From the NCBI GenBank assembly GCA_963824985.1, contig CAWGRQ010000013.1:10630-74629 (forward strand): a DNA stretch of 64,000 nucleotides, read 5' to 3'. Source of the DNA: Terriglobia bacterium. Its GTDB lineage: Bacteria; Acidobacteriota; UBA6911. Shown here in pieces: positions 33,848-43,949 of this stretch (position 1 is the first letter of the stretch; the number at the start of each line of letters is the position of its first letter). A program made the position numbers and the translations under genes. The notes below the pieces were generated by a model. It did no database searches and was not told the origin of the DNA. It saw only the letters and a program-made list of their open reading frames with translations.

Positions 33848-35818
33848 TCACATCATCGGCGGGACTTCGCAGCCGAGAAGATCGAGCGCCTTGGTGAGCT
33901 GGCTGCGCACCAGATCAACAATCAGGAGCAGATGCGCTCTTCTGATTGGATCGGGTTCCGACAGGATGTGATGCTTGTGATAGAAGAGATTGAACTTCTG
34001 GGCCAGGTGGAACGCGTATTTATCCAATTGAGCCAGTTCCAGAGAATTCGTCACCTGGCGCACGACCTCCGGCAAACGGGCCGCCTGGTAACAGATTTCC
34101 CAGAGTTCGTCATTTTCCGACAGAAAGATTCCAAGTCCTTCAGGGTCCATCGGCGCAGGGATTTCCTCCAGCCCCGCCCCGGCGAGCTTCCGAAAGATGT
34201 TGTTGGCGCGGACCACGGCGTATTGCACATAAGGTCCGGTTTCCCCGTCGAAGCTGAGGGCTTCTTTGAAGTCAAAAGCGATGACCGTATTGCGTGCGAA
34301 GCGCAACAGGAAATAGCGCAGTGCTCCCACGCTGATGATGCGTGCTATGTCGGCCGCCTCCTCTTCGGAAAGCGCGTGCCGGGCCTTGACCTCCTGAAGG
34401 GCCTTGGCCTGGAGCGTATCCAGCAGGTCATCCGCCTTGACCCCGAGGCCCTTGCGCCCCGAAACTTCGACATAGGGGCGTTTTCTGTCATCTTCGGAAA
34501 GCTCATATCCCAGCTCTTCACAGCAGGCCGGGCTCAGCGCCACCATCTCGTATGAAAAGTGGGTTGAGTTTTCCGCCTGCTCCCTGAACCCGAGTGACTG
34601 GAGTCCCTGGAGCACGATGTTCTGCAGATAGGATTGACGCGCGTCGATCACGTTGTACACGCGACGGCCGCCTCCGAAAGCGGGGGGATGCACGCCCGGC
34701 TGGGCCTCGGCGCTCGTGATCCACAGGGCCCGTCCACCGCCGGCCTCGAACGGGCGATAGTGGAAATCGAGCCCCAGCAGGCCGAATTTCCAGAGTTGAT
34801 AGGCAATATCCTTGCCCACGTACGTGACCGTGCCGTCGGACCGGACGATGATCTTTTCCTCGTCTTCCAGGTCTTCTCGCGACGTGGAGGCGGAGACTTC
34901 GCCTGCGGTTCTCATCACCCAGCAGCCCTGGTTTTTCCCATGCTCGACGAAGTACACGGCCCGCCGCTCGCGCAGGAGCTGGAACGCCCGTTCCCAGAAG
35001 TGAAGGTGCAGAATTTCACTTTCCCTCGGCAGCAGGTCGTAGTCGACATTAATGCGCGCCATCGTGGCCAGATGGGCGCGCACCACCCTCATGGCCACAT
35101 GCTCGGCCAGCTCGGCAGTCGGGTTGCCGCCGGCCTCAATCGCCTGCAGGGTGAGGCTGCGAAATTGTTGATGGTCCGGCGATTCCGCGTAGAAATGAGC
35201 GACGCCCGCATAGACGTCCCAGCAGTAGTAGTCGAACTTGCCTTCGAGAGCGGCCACCTCCGCGAGCGTCTTGCCGAGCATGCGCTCGAGCCCCACGACC
35301 ACATCCGCCACCTGGACGCCGGTGTTGTCGAGGTAGTTCTGGACTTCGACGGAATGGCCGAGAAACCGCAGGCAGCGCACGAAAGTATCCCCCAGGGCTG
35401 CGTTGCGCAGATGGCCGATGTGTGCCGCCTTGTTCGGGTTGATGTTGGTGTGTTCGACAATCGTCTTTCCGGCGCTGTCCGGCGAAGGGGACAATCCATA
35501 TTGCTTTTCCGCGATGCTCCGTGCCAGACGGTTCGCCAGACTCCCGCGGTCAAGATAAAAGTTCAGGTAGCCGCCTCCGGCCACGTCCACCTTCCAGATG
35601 CCGGGGATCGACTGAGCCTCCTGGGCAAGTTCCCGGGCGATATCCTTCGGGGCGCGCCGGACCTTGCGGGCCAGGTCAAACGCGATCGGCAGGGCCAGTT
35701 CGCCGAGTTCGATGCGGGGAGGGGTGGTAAAGGGGAGCGAATCATAAGCAACCTGGTATTTCTCCAGGATGATGCGTTGCAGCATGTCTTCGATGTTTTT
35801 CGCGAGCGCAGATAACAT
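33848..35818 (-). CDS. argS: arginine--tRNA ligase
   Basis: 656 aa. NPNKAAHIGHLRNAALGD (HIGH motif), with anticodon-binding (DALR-type) C-terminal region. Confidence 0.9.
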   Translation of the reverse strand: MLSALAKNIEDMLQRIILEKYQVAYDSLPFTTPPRIELGELALPIAFDLARKVRRAPKDIARELAQEAQSIPGIWKVDVAGGGYLNFYLDRGSLANRLARSIAEKQYGLSPSPDSAGKTIVEHTNINPNKAAHIGHLRNAALGDTFVRCLRFLGHSVEVQNYLDNTGVQVADVVVGLERMLGKTLAEVAALEGKFDYYCWDVYAGVAHFYAESPDHQQFRSLTLQAIEAGGNPTAELAEHVAMRVVRAHLATMARINVDYDLLPRESEILHLHFWERAFQLLRERRAVYFVEHGKNQGCWVMRTAGEVSASTSREDLEDEEKIIVRSDGTVTYVGKDIAYQLWKFGLLGLDFHYRPFEAGGGRALWITSAEAQPGVHPPAFGGGRRVYNVIDARQSYLQNIVLQGLQSLGFREQAENSTHFSYEMVALSPACCEELGYELSEDDRKRPYVEVSGRKGLGVKADDLLDTLQAKALQEVKARHALSEEEAADIARIISVGALRYFLLRFARNTVIAFDFKEALSFDGETGPYVQYAVVRANNIFRKLAGAGLEEIPAPMDPEGLGIFLSENDELWEICYQAARLPEVVRQVTNSLELAQLDKYAFHLAQKFNLFYHKHHILSEPDPIRRAHLLLIVDLVRSQLTKALDLLGCEVPPMM

Positions 35819-35993
35819 GGGCGGTATCGCTCCTCAAGTGATTGGGCCGACAAAAGATACTCCAGTTGCGGACCCAAATCAATCGGCAGGGATTGCCGCC
35901 TCTTGACTTCCACCGGAGCGACCCATAGACTCAACTGGCTTTGCGGTGCCGCGGGATTTGGCGCGGCAACCGTGGGGCGGAACAGGAATCGGC

Positions 35994-37322
35994 ATGAAGG
36001 CAGAACCTCCAATCGTAAGCAATGATCGCGACATCGATCGGCCCGGAGGCCGTCCGCCCGGGAAAATTCTCTATCTCGAGCCCTTTTCGGGAATCAGCGG
36101 CGACATGTTTCTGGCCGCCCTGCTGGATCTTGGTGCCGATTACGCCAACCTCGAGAAAAAACTGAGTATCTTGCCGCTGGCCGGCTACCGTCTCTCCTGG
36201 GCGCGATGCCAGCGTGCCGGCATTCAGGCGGTGAAATTCGACGTCGAATGTGGCGAGCACGATCACCATCCGCATGCGCACCCGCACGGGTCGGCGATTC
36301 ATGAGCACGGGCATGAGGGGCACGGACACGCCCAGCGCAGCTTTCACGATATCCGCCAGCTGATCGAGACCAGCGGACTCTCGGACTGGGTTCGATGGAA
36401 ATCCGTGGAGACATTTCGCAGGCTGGCGGAAGCCGAGGGCAAGATCCACAATCAGGCCCCGAATGATGTTCACTTCCATGAGGTCGGGGCCATCGATTCC
36501 ATCATCGATATCGTCGGCGCCATGATTGCCATCGAGGAGTTGCAGCCGCTTTACCTGATGTCAGCGCCGGTCAACGTGGGCCAGGGAGAGCTCGAGTGCA
36601 GGCACGGCCGCTATCCGGCCCCCGGCCCCGCCGCCCTGGAACTGCTCAAAAGGGTGCCCGTATACGCCAATGCGGTTGCCGGGGAACTGACCACGCCGAC
36701 CGGGGCGGCTCTGCTCGCCTCGCTCTGCGAGCGCTTCGGGCCTCGGCCAATGATGAACGTGGAGCGGATCGGTTATGGCGCGGGCGCCCGGGAGATCCCC
36801 GGCGCCGCAAATGTATTGCGGGTTACCCTGGGCGAAGAGGTGATGTGCGCTCCGGCCTCCCTCTCCGCCGGGCAAGTCGCGGTGATCGAGGCGACCGTGG
36901 ACGATATGAGCCCGCAGCTGTTCGGCCACTTCCAGGAAAAGGCGCTTGCCGAGGGGGCACTCGATGTCTATGCCATCCCCGCTCAAATGAAAAAGAACCG
37001 GCCGGGTATGAAGATAACGGTGATCTGCGGTCCGGAACCTTCTCGGATCGAAGCCATGACCCGCCTGATGTTCGCGGAGACGACGACCATCGGCGCGCGC
37101 TACTATTTTGCGCAGCGCAAAACCCTCGCGCGCGAGTTTCAGAAGGTCGTGACCGAGTATGGCGAGGTGACGGTCAAGGTTTCTTCCCTGGCGGGGACGC
37201 GTATGAATTTTGCGCCGGAATATGACTGCTGCCGTCGTCTGGCTCAGGAGAAAGGCGCGGCTTTGAAGGATGTGATGGCGGCGGCCGTGCGTGCCTTCCT
37301 CGAGCTCGGCCCGAATTTCTGA
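35994..37322 (+). CDS. larC: LarC-family nickel insertion protein (DUF111/UPF0272)
   Basis: ILYLEPFSGISGDMFLAALLDLGAD, His-rich HDHHPHAHPHGSAIHEHGHEGHGH, FHEVGAIDSIIDIVGA. ATG at 35994 preferred over 35946. Confidence 0.85.
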   Translation: MKAEPPIVSNDRDIDRPGGRPPGKILYLEPFSGISGDMFLAALLDLGADYANLEKKLSILPLAGYRLSWARCQRAGIQAVKFDVECGEHDHHPHAHPHGSAIHEHGHEGHGHAQRSFHDIRQLIETSGLSDWVRWKSVETFRRLAEAEGKIHNQAPNDVHFHEVGAIDSIIDIVGAMIAIEELQPLYLMSAPVNVGQGELECRHGRYPAPGPAALELLKRVPVYANAVAGELTTPTGAALLASLCERFGPRPMMNVERIGYGAGAREIPGAANVLRVTLGEEVMCAPASLSAGQVAVIEATVDDMSPQLFGHFQEKALAEGALDVYAIPAQMKKNRPGMKITVICGPEPSRIEAMTRLMFAETTTIGARYYFAQRKTLAREFQKVVTEYGEVTVKVSSLAGTRMNFAPEYDCCRRLAQEKGAALKDVMAAAVRAFLELGPNF

Positions 37323-37402
37323 GCGTTTCATTTTGCGGAATCGCCGGGCATGTCCCGTTTTAGAAAACGATTCCAAGGCTGTCCCCATGGAGATGTATAC
37401 CA

Positions 37403-37789
37403 ATGTCTGAAGAGAATCCGGAACAACCGGTTGCGGCCCCGATGGAACCGAAGGCTCAGGCCGAAACCAGGATTGGTATCGAGGAATTCACCCGGGTCGA
37501 TATGCGGGTGGGACAGGTCCTGGAAGCCGAACGGGTGGAAGGATCGCGAAAGCTCATCAGGATGCGCGTCGACCTTGGCTCGGAGGTGCGGCAGGTGGTG
37601 GCCGGCATTGCCGGTGCGTATGAGCCTGCCGACCTGTTGAATCGGAAAATAATCGTGGTTGCAAACCTGAAGCCCGCCAAACTCATGGGCATCGTATCGG
37701 ACGGGATGGTCCTTGCGGCCACCGCGGGGGAACGGCCGGTTTTGGCCACCTTCGCCGAGGATGTCCCTAACGGCGCCCGGCTCAAGTAG
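37403..37789 (+). CDS. tRNA-binding domain protein (CsaA/Trbp111-like)
   Basis: 128 aa. FTRVDMRVGQVLEAERVEGSRKLIRMRVDLG...IIVVANLKPAKLMGIVSDGMVLAA. Confidence 0.85.
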   Translation: MSEENPEQPVAAPMEPKAQAETRIGIEEFTRVDMRVGQVLEAERVEGSRKLIRMRVDLGSEVRQVVAGIAGAYEPADLLNRKIIVVANLKPAKLMGIVSDGMVLAATAGERPVLATFAEDVPNGARLK

Positions 37790-37801
37790 GGAAGCCGGCA
37801 C

Positions 37802-38581
37802 ATGATCGTTGACTCGCATACCCATCTCGACATGTCCCAGTTCGATGGGGATCGGGTCGATGTGATCGGGCGCGCGCTCGATGCCGGCGTCGACCTCATC
37901 ATTGCGGTGGGAACCGGGACGCCCCAGGGCGCATCCATCGAGAAGACACTGGATCTGGCCGAGCGTTTCGACTTCATTTATGCCGGCATCGGAGTTCATC
38001 CCCATGATGCACGCCATGCCGACGAGCCGTATTGGGAGAAGATCGAGACCCTGGCGGAGCATCCCAAAGTCGTTCTTTGGGGGGAAATCGGTCTGGACTA
38101 CTATTACGATCTCTCGCCACGGGAGGTGCAGCGGGAAGCCTTCCGCCGGCAATTGAGGATCGCCCGGCGCCGCAATCTTCCGGTGTCGATCCACTGCCGC
38201 GATGCCTGGGCGGATCTGATGGCCATCGTTCGGCAGGAGTACGCGGGAGCCGTTCCGAGAGGGGTATTGCACAGTTTTACGGGTACGCGGGACCAGGCGC
38301 TCGAAGGAGCCGGGCTGGGCTTTTTGATTTCCTTTTCCGGAATCGTGACGTTCAAGAACGCGGGGCCGGTGCGGGAAGCGGCCCGAGCGGTCGAGCCTGG
38401 CCGTCTGTTGGTGGAAACCGACTGCCCCTACCTGGCTCCGGTGCCCCATCGGGGCAAACGGTGTGAGCCTGCGTTCGTGCTCGACACGGCCCGCGCCCTG
38501 GCGCAGCTTCGCGGCATGGATTTTTCAGATCTGGCCCGGGAATCCTCGGCGAATATGCGCAGCCTGCTGGGGATGACCTAA
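37802..38581 (+). CDS. tatD: TatD-family metal-dependent hydrolase
   Basis: 259 aa. MIVDSHTHLD, GEIGLDYYY, SIHCRDA, HSFTG, ETDCPYLAP. Confidence 0.9.
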   Translation: MIVDSHTHLDMSQFDGDRVDVIGRALDAGVDLIIAVGTGTPQGASIEKTLDLAERFDFIYAGIGVHPHDARHADEPYWEKIETLAEHPKVVLWGEIGLDYYYDLSPREVQREAFRRQLRIARRRNLPVSIHCRDAWADLMAIVRQEYAGAVPRGVLHSFTGTRDQALEGAGLGFLISFSGIVTFKNAGPVREAARAVEPGRLLVETDCPYLAPVPHRGKRCEPAFVLDTARALAQLRGMDFSDLARESSANMRSLLGMT

Positions 38582-38905
38582 TGACGCTGCGGCATGGGCA
38601 TTGACCTCCGGCCGGAAACCGCGGCCCGAAATTGCGGCGCCGCCGAGTTTGTGATTTGCTCGGGCAGGATTCTTCGGCCCGGGTTTTAATATCCGCATGG
38701 GAAATGGGCCTCAGACGGGTTTGGAAAGAAGTAACGTTCCGGTTCCGGATCGTCCGGATTGCGGGGCGGTTGGCGTTCGTCCTGTTTCACAATCTGACCC
38801 GACCGGTGACCGGTGAGGCTTTCCCACCGCGGCCCGCCGACCTGTGATAAGATCTGGATGGCGCCGTGAGCCGGAGGTCAAACCATCAGCAATGAAGAGT
38901 GCACA

Positions 38906-39880
38906 TTGAATCAACGAGATTTCTACAAGCTGGTTGAAGAGGGCCTCGCGCAAGTCGAACTGGAGCTGCATCGCCATTCCAGTTCCAATGTTCAGCTGAT
39001 CGACCGGATCGGTCGCTACATCCAGGACAGTGGCGGCAAACGCATCCGCCCCGCCATGCTTCTACTGAGCGCCCGGATGGGCGGGTTCGAGGGGCCTGCC
39101 TGTTATCGGCTGGGAGCGGTGGTGGAGATGGTCCACTCGGCGACATTGGTTCACGACGACATCATCGATGACGCCAAGGTGCGCCGCGGCCATGAGTCCG
39201 TCAACGCGCACTGGGGAAACGAAATTACCGTTCTTATGGGCGACTGGCTTTACATGACCTCTTTCCAGCTGGCTCTCGGTGAACGGCATTTCAAGATCCT
39301 CGACATTCTCGCCGACGTCACCAGGAAAATGGTGGAAGGGGAATTGATCCAGCTGAGCATGAACCGGAACCCCGACGTAACCGAGGAGCAGCACCTGGAT
39401 ATCTCCATGCGTAAGACCGCCTATCTCTTCGCGGCCTGCACGCAAATGGGGGGCATTCTTGGGTCGGCGAATCAGGAACAGGAGGAGGCGCTTTGGTCAT
39501 ACGGCCTCCATGTGGGCATGGCGTTTCAGATGGTTGACGATGTCCTGGACTTCACCTCCACCGAAAGCACCCTGGGAAAGCCGGTGTGCAGCGATTTGAA
39601 GGAGGGGAAACTCACCCTCCCCCTGATTTACCTGATGCGCGATGGACTTCCTGAGCACCGGGAGCTGATCAGGACCATCATTCGCGAGGATGGCTTTGGC
39701 GGCGCCTGGGGGGCACGGGTCCTGGATCTTGTTCGTGAGTACGGAACCGCGGAAAAGGTGCTCGATAAGGCTTCCGAATATGCCCGCCGCGCACGAAGCT
39801 GTCTGGACGGGTTCGCCCCGTGCGAGGCGCGGGATGCCCTGCTGGCGATTCCGGATTACATCGTCCAACGAGACCGTTGA
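38906..39880 (+). CDS. long-chain polyprenyl diphosphate synthase (IspB-like)
   Basis: 324 aa (TTG start). GGKRIRPAMLL, first DDxxD LVHDDIIDD...RRG, second FQMVDDVLD. Confidence 0.9.
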   Translation: MNQRDFYKLVEEGLAQVELELHRHSSSNVQLIDRIGRYIQDSGGKRIRPAMLLLSARMGGFEGPACYRLGAVVEMVHSATLVHDDIIDDAKVRRGHESVNAHWGNEITVLMGDWLYMTSFQLALGERHFKILDILADVTRKMVEGELIQLSMNRNPDVTEEQHLDISMRKTAYLFAACTQMGGILGSANQEQEEALWSYGLHVGMAFQMVDDVLDFTSTESTLGKPVCSDLKEGKLTLPLIYLMRDGLPEHRELIRTIIREDGFGGAWGARVLDLVREYGTAEKVLDKASEYARRARSCLDGFAPCEARDALLAIPDYIVQRDR

Positions 39881-40091
39881 CGGGGCAGCGGGTCGTCATG
39901 CATCTGCCGGCAATCCCGGCCCGCCGGCCGCTCCGCAAATGACCTTTTTGGATAACACTGCCGAAGTCTCCTTGGAGATTTCCGGTCCCTTTCCAGACCC
40001 CAGCTCCGAAGGCGCTCGCCCCCTTCGGTGATTGTCTGGCCCCTTGATTCTGTGGTCACCGGTCGGGAATGTGGTCAGAGGCAGCAAAATC

Positions 40092-40184
40092 GGCCACGGA
40101 TTTCACGGACTTCTTAAAAGCACTACTATTGACGCGCCTCGATATGCGCCTGCCTTGTGCATCTAAATCCGTAGCAGCCTGTTG
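40092..40184. repeat. palindromic repeat element, family A, shorter copy
   Basis: GGCCACGGATTTCACGGAC...AGCACTAC...GCCTCGATATGCGCCTGCCTTGTGCATCTAAATCCGTAGCAGCCTG aligns with 14451-14610 (GCCTCGATACGCGCATATCCTGTGCATATGAATCC...) but lacks the central hairpin. Confidence 0.7.
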
Positions 40185-40224
40185 TCGTCACTGACCCCGG
40201 GGCTGAAATGTCGCCCGCTTCCGG

Positions 40225-42489
40225 CTATTTCTTACCCCGAGCGGATCCCGGAAGGTCTTCAACGAACAGTTTCTTAGGGATAATCGGGATGGCTTCCAGC
40301 TGATCGCCGGGTTGTGCCCCGGCGAGAATCTCGATGGTGGGGAATGCTTCCACGGGCTTGTCCTTGAGGATCTCCTGCATGTATTGCATCCAGATGGGCA
40401 GGGCGACGACCGCGCCGGCTTCCTTGTCTCCCAAGGTCTTTTTCGAATCGAAGCCGACCCAGACTGCGGTCGTGATTGACGGGCTGAAGCCGACGAACCA
40501 TGCGTCGGCGAAATCGTTGGTCGTGCCTGTCTTGCCTCCCAGCGGCCGGTTCATGGATGCGGCGGCTTTGGCCGTTCCCTCCTTGACGACTTCCTGAAGC
40601 AGCCCGAGCATTTTCTCGGCGATTTCTGGGGAAAGCACGCGGCGCGTCTGCGGCTCCGCCTGTTCCTTCAGGGCGTGGTCGTAATCCTCAATCTTGCGGA
40701 TAAAATATGGCCTTGGCTGAATCCCGAGGTTGGGGAAGGTGGTGAAGGCGGTGGCCATCTCGAGAGGAGTGGCCTCGCAGGCGCCAATGGCAAGGGGCAG
40801 ATAGGGTTCCATCGGGCCGCTGAGGCCGAATCTCCTGGCCATGACGAGCACGTTCTTGATCCCGATCAGCGAGGCGAGCTTGATGGTCGGCACATTCCGC
40901 GATTCGATCAGCGCCTGGCGCAGAGTGATCTCGCCTTTGAACTTGCCATCGTAATTGGAAGGCTGCCATACCCTGCCAAGAGTGTCGGTAAAACTGATCC
41001 GGGCGTCGATGATTGTGTCCGTCGGCTCCATCCCCTGTTCGATGGCCGTCGAATAGACGAACGGCTTGAAAGTCGAACCGACCTGGCGCATGGCCTGCGT
41101 AGTGCGGTTGAATTCACTCTCCTCGAAGTTGTACCCGCCGACCATGGCCTTGATTTCACCGGTGGCATTATCCAGCGTGATCAGCGCTCCCTGTACCGTG
41201 GGAACCTGGTCCAGCATCGCGGTTGCGGTTTTATTGGCTTCGTCGAGCGAATTGATCCTGAACATCGCGAGATCGCCAGCCCTGAGAATCTGGGATGGCA
41301 GTTTGGCCCGGGTCCAGGCAATCTCCTTGGGGCCGAGGATCGCGCGATATCTTCCGACGCGCACGGTCATTTCAGGATCATCGATGCTCTCGACGAGCCC
41401 GGGAATCGTGTCCCCCGGCTGCAGCGATGAGCGCCAATCCGGATGGGAGTATGTCTCCAGCCTGACTGCCGGGTCTTTGAGCACATTTTCGACTGGGCCG
41501 TGCCAACCCTGCTTTTTATCCAGGTCGCTCAGGCCGTCGTGCAGTGCGCGGGTGGCGGCGGTCTGCATTTCGATGTTCAGCGTCGTGTAGACGCGCAACC
41601 CCCGGCGCCAGATGACGTCGGTCGTGTACCGGTCCGTCAGCGACTGGCGCACCCATTCCACGAAATAGGGGGCGAGGCCGGTGTTCCGTGTGCGGGGCTT
41701 CAGCTGGATCGGTCTGGCCTTGGCCTCCGCCGCCGCTGCCGCCGAGATCATCTGCTCGGCCACCATGCGGTCGAGAATGTAATTGCGCCGGTTGCGGGCC
41801 GCCTCGGGATGAAGGATGGGAGAGTACCCGGATGGGTTCCTGGGCAGCCCGGCGATCATGGCGCACTCATCCAGCGTGAGCTCCTTGAGCTGCTTGCCGA
41901 AGTAGGTATCGGCCGCGGCCGCGACCCCGTAAGCGCCGTGTCCGAAAATGTGCTGATTGCAGTACAGGGTGAGGATCTGGCGCTTGGAATATCTCTTTTC
42001 GATCTTCCAGGCGATGAGCAGTTCCTTGACCTTCCGGTCGAGGGTCTTCTCCATGTTGCCCATGAGCAGACGGGCAAGCTGCTGGGTGATGGTGCTCGCC
42101 CCTTCGGCGCTCCTCATGGAAACGATGTCTCTGTAGGCGGCACGCAGGACCGACAGGTAGTTGATCCCGGAATGACTGTAAAACTGATCGTCCTCGGCTG
42201 CGAGAATGGCCAGCTGCAAATGGACGGGGATATCTTCATAGGGGACGACGATCCGTCGCTCGATGGCGAACTCCCCGATGACCTTGTTGTCGTCGGAGTA
42301 GAGGTCGGTGATGACGTCGGGACGAAAATCTTCGAGGCTCTGGATTTTGGGGAGATTGTACTCATATCCGGCGAGCACGCCGAACACCACGCCGGCCATG
42401 GCGAAGCAGGCGATCAGGACCCCGTACAGGATAATCAGCCATTTCGGAAGTCCGTGCTTCTTCTGCGATCGTAAATTCACCCTTGCCAT
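40225..42489 (-). CDS. mrcA: class A penicillin-binding protein (PBP1A-type transglycosylase/transpeptidase)
   Basis: 754 aa. N-terminal TM anchor. Glycosyltransferase motifs AILAAEDDQFYSH, GASTITQQLAR, RKVKE. Transpeptidase SxxK (GSTFKPF) and KTGTT. Confidence 0.9.
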   Translation of the reverse strand: MARVNLRSQKKHGLPKWLIILYGVLIACFAMAGVVFGVLAGYEYNLPKIQSLEDFRPDVITDLYSDDNKVIGEFAIERRIVVPYEDIPVHLQLAILAAEDDQFYSHSGINYLSVLRAAYRDIVSMRSAEGASTITQQLARLLMGNMEKTLDRKVKELLIAWKIEKRYSKRQILTLYCNQHIFGHGAYGVAAAADTYFGKQLKELTLDECAMIAGLPRNPSGYSPILHPEAARNRRNYILDRMVAEQMISAAAAAEAKARPIQLKPRTRNTGLAPYFVEWVRQSLTDRYTTDVIWRRGLRVYTTLNIEMQTAATRALHDGLSDLDKKQGWHGPVENVLKDPAVRLETYSHPDWRSSLQPGDTIPGLVESIDDPEMTVRVGRYRAILGPKEIAWTRAKLPSQILRAGDLAMFRINSLDEANKTATAMLDQVPTVQGALITLDNATGEIKAMVGGYNFEESEFNRTTQAMRQVGSTFKPFVYSTAIEQGMEPTDTIIDARISFTDTLGRVWQPSNYDGKFKGEITLRQALIESRNVPTIKLASLIGIKNVLVMARRFGLSGPMEPYLPLAIGACEATPLEMATAFTTFPNLGIQPRPYFIRKIEDYDHALKEQAEPQTRRVLSPEIAEKMLGLLQEVVKEGTAKAAASMNRPLGGKTGTTNDFADAWFVGFSPSITTAVWVGFDSKKTLGDKEAGAVVALPIWMQYMQEILKDKPVEAFPTIEILAGAQPGDQLEAIPIIPKKLFVEDLPGSARGKK

Positions 42490-42622
42490 AACGCAGCCAA
42501 GTATAACACCCGGCGGCAGCGGGAGGTAGACGGTTGACCGCGATTCAGGCGTTCCCGGCCCGCGCTCTTCCGCGTCCTGAGATGTCCGGTGACCCTCTCA
42601 TGAATAGTGCCGGCTCATGGTT

Positions 42623-42982
42623 TCAGGCCTCGGGCACGGCCTCTTCATGAGGCCCGCCCCGGTCCTTCGAGTCCAGAAACGTGACCCGCGCGGCGATCAC
42701 CTCCGTGGCGTAATGCTTCTCTCCGGGGGGCTTTTCCCAGGAGCGGGTTTGCAGGGATCCTTCCACGCAGACCAGCTTGCCTTTGTGCAGGTGCTGGAGG
42801 CACAGCTCCGCCGCCTTACCGTACGCGACGATGCGATGCCACTCCGTAATTTCCTGCGGCGTGCCGTTTCCCGGGCGGAATTGATGAGTGGCCAGCGTGA
42901 AACTGGAAACCCGCGTGCCGCCGCCGGTGACGCGATCTTCCGGATCCTTCCCTAAACGTCCGATTAAAATAACCTTGTTCAT
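42623..42982 (-). CDS. ssb: single-stranded DNA-binding protein, short form without the acidic C-terminal tip
   Basis: MNKVILIGRLGKDPE...TEWHRIVAYGKAAELCLQHLHKGKLVCVEGSLQTRSWE. Ends ...GGPHEEAVPEA. Confidence 0.8.
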   Translation of the reverse strand: MNKVILIGRLGKDPEDRVTGGGTRVSSFTLATHQFRPGNGTPQEITEWHRIVAYGKAAELCLQHLHKGKLVCVEGSLQTRSWEKPPGEKHYATEVIAARVTFLDSKDRGGPHEEAVPEA

Positions 42983-43184
42983 GCTTCCCATGGGCATTCA
43001 TCCTTGTTTGAGCAGGTTCGATATGGACCGGCGCGGACCGTCCGCACCTCAATTCCACATGTTCATATCTACCTAACCGGCGATCCCGCCGATTGAGCCA
43101 AAAAATCTTGCCGCGGCATGGGCTCGTCATCCCGGATTCCGCCGCAAGCCGCTCCGCGAACACGGCTGCGAATTTGATCGGCCG

Positions 43185-43232
43185 CATGGTACGCTCTAAT
43201 CTGGCGTGCATGGTACGCTCTAATCTGGCGTG
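43185..43232. repeat. perfect 24-bp tandem duplication
   Basis: CATGGTACGCTCTAATCTGGCGTG at 43185-43208 is repeated exactly at 43209-43232. Confidence 0.95.
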
Positions 43233-43293
43233 TTTGATGTGCCCGGGGGACGGGGAAAAGGTCCTTCCCCCAAATTCGTTTCAGGCTATTTGC

Positions 43294-43322
43294 TTGACAG
43301 GTAAGGCCCTCTTTGTTACATT
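43294..43322 (+). promoter_or_regulatory. candidate sigma70 promoter of the str operon
   Basis: TTGACA (43294-43299), 17 nt spacer, TACATT (43317-43322), about 90 nt upstream of the rpsL TTG start. Confidence 0.5.
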
Positions 43323-43413
43323 TGAGCGGTTTTTCCCTATGGCTCAGCTGCTGTGTCCGCAGTCGGACAGTTTTAGCGGGGGGTCATTAGCGAATGGTAA
43401 AGGAGAAAAGGGT

Positions 43414-43788
43414 TTGCCGACCTTCAATCAGCTGGTTCGATCTGGCCGAAAGAAGATTCGTTATAAGACGAAGAGTCCTGCTTTACAGGGGAGTCCGCAG
43501 CGGCGAGGAGTCTGCACTCGGGTGTACACGTCTACGCCCAAGAAACCGAACTCAGCGCTTCGCAAAGTAGCTCGTGTTCGTCTAACCAACGGGATTGAGG
43601 TAACCACCTACATCCCGGGGATCGGACACAACCTGCAGGAACACTCCATCGTGCTGATCCGCGGTGGACGTGTCAAGGACCTCCCCGGGGTTCGCTACCA
43701 TGTGGTGCGGGGAACCCTGGATTCCGTAGGAGTCCAGGAACGAAAGCGTTCCCGGTCCAAGTATGGTGCCAAGCGGCCCAAAAGCTAG
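43414..43788 (+). CDS. rpsL: 30S ribosomal protein S12
   Basis: (M)[38 protein letters not shown]...[19 protein letters not shown] start with AAGGAG 8 nt upstream. The 231-aa ORF-track entry is an upstream in-frame extension. Confidence 0.95.
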   Translation: MPTFNQLVRSGRKKIRYKTKSPALQGSPQRRGVCTRVYTSTPKKPNSALRKVARVRLTNGIEVTTYIPGIGHNLQEHSIVLIRGGRVKDLPGVRYHVVRGTLDSVGVQERKRSRSKYGAKRPKS

Positions 43789-43949
43789 CCACTCCTTCAA
43801 TTAGCCGTCTTAGGGTGACGAGTTTACGCCCTGCGAGAATCTTCGGAAAGGCATTTGCCAGTGCCGACGGGTTTCGCTCTCCGGGGGAGCATTTCTCATT
43901 GCGGAGAGAAGAGGAATATTAAAAAAGAGGTAGCAGGAGATCTTCAGGT

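Noticed and set aside
43093-43413. 107-codon N-terminal extension of the rpsL ORF
   Set aside because: The extension includes the translated tandem duplication and a promoter-like sequence. The conserved S12 N-terminus begins at the TTG at 43414, which has a good SD.
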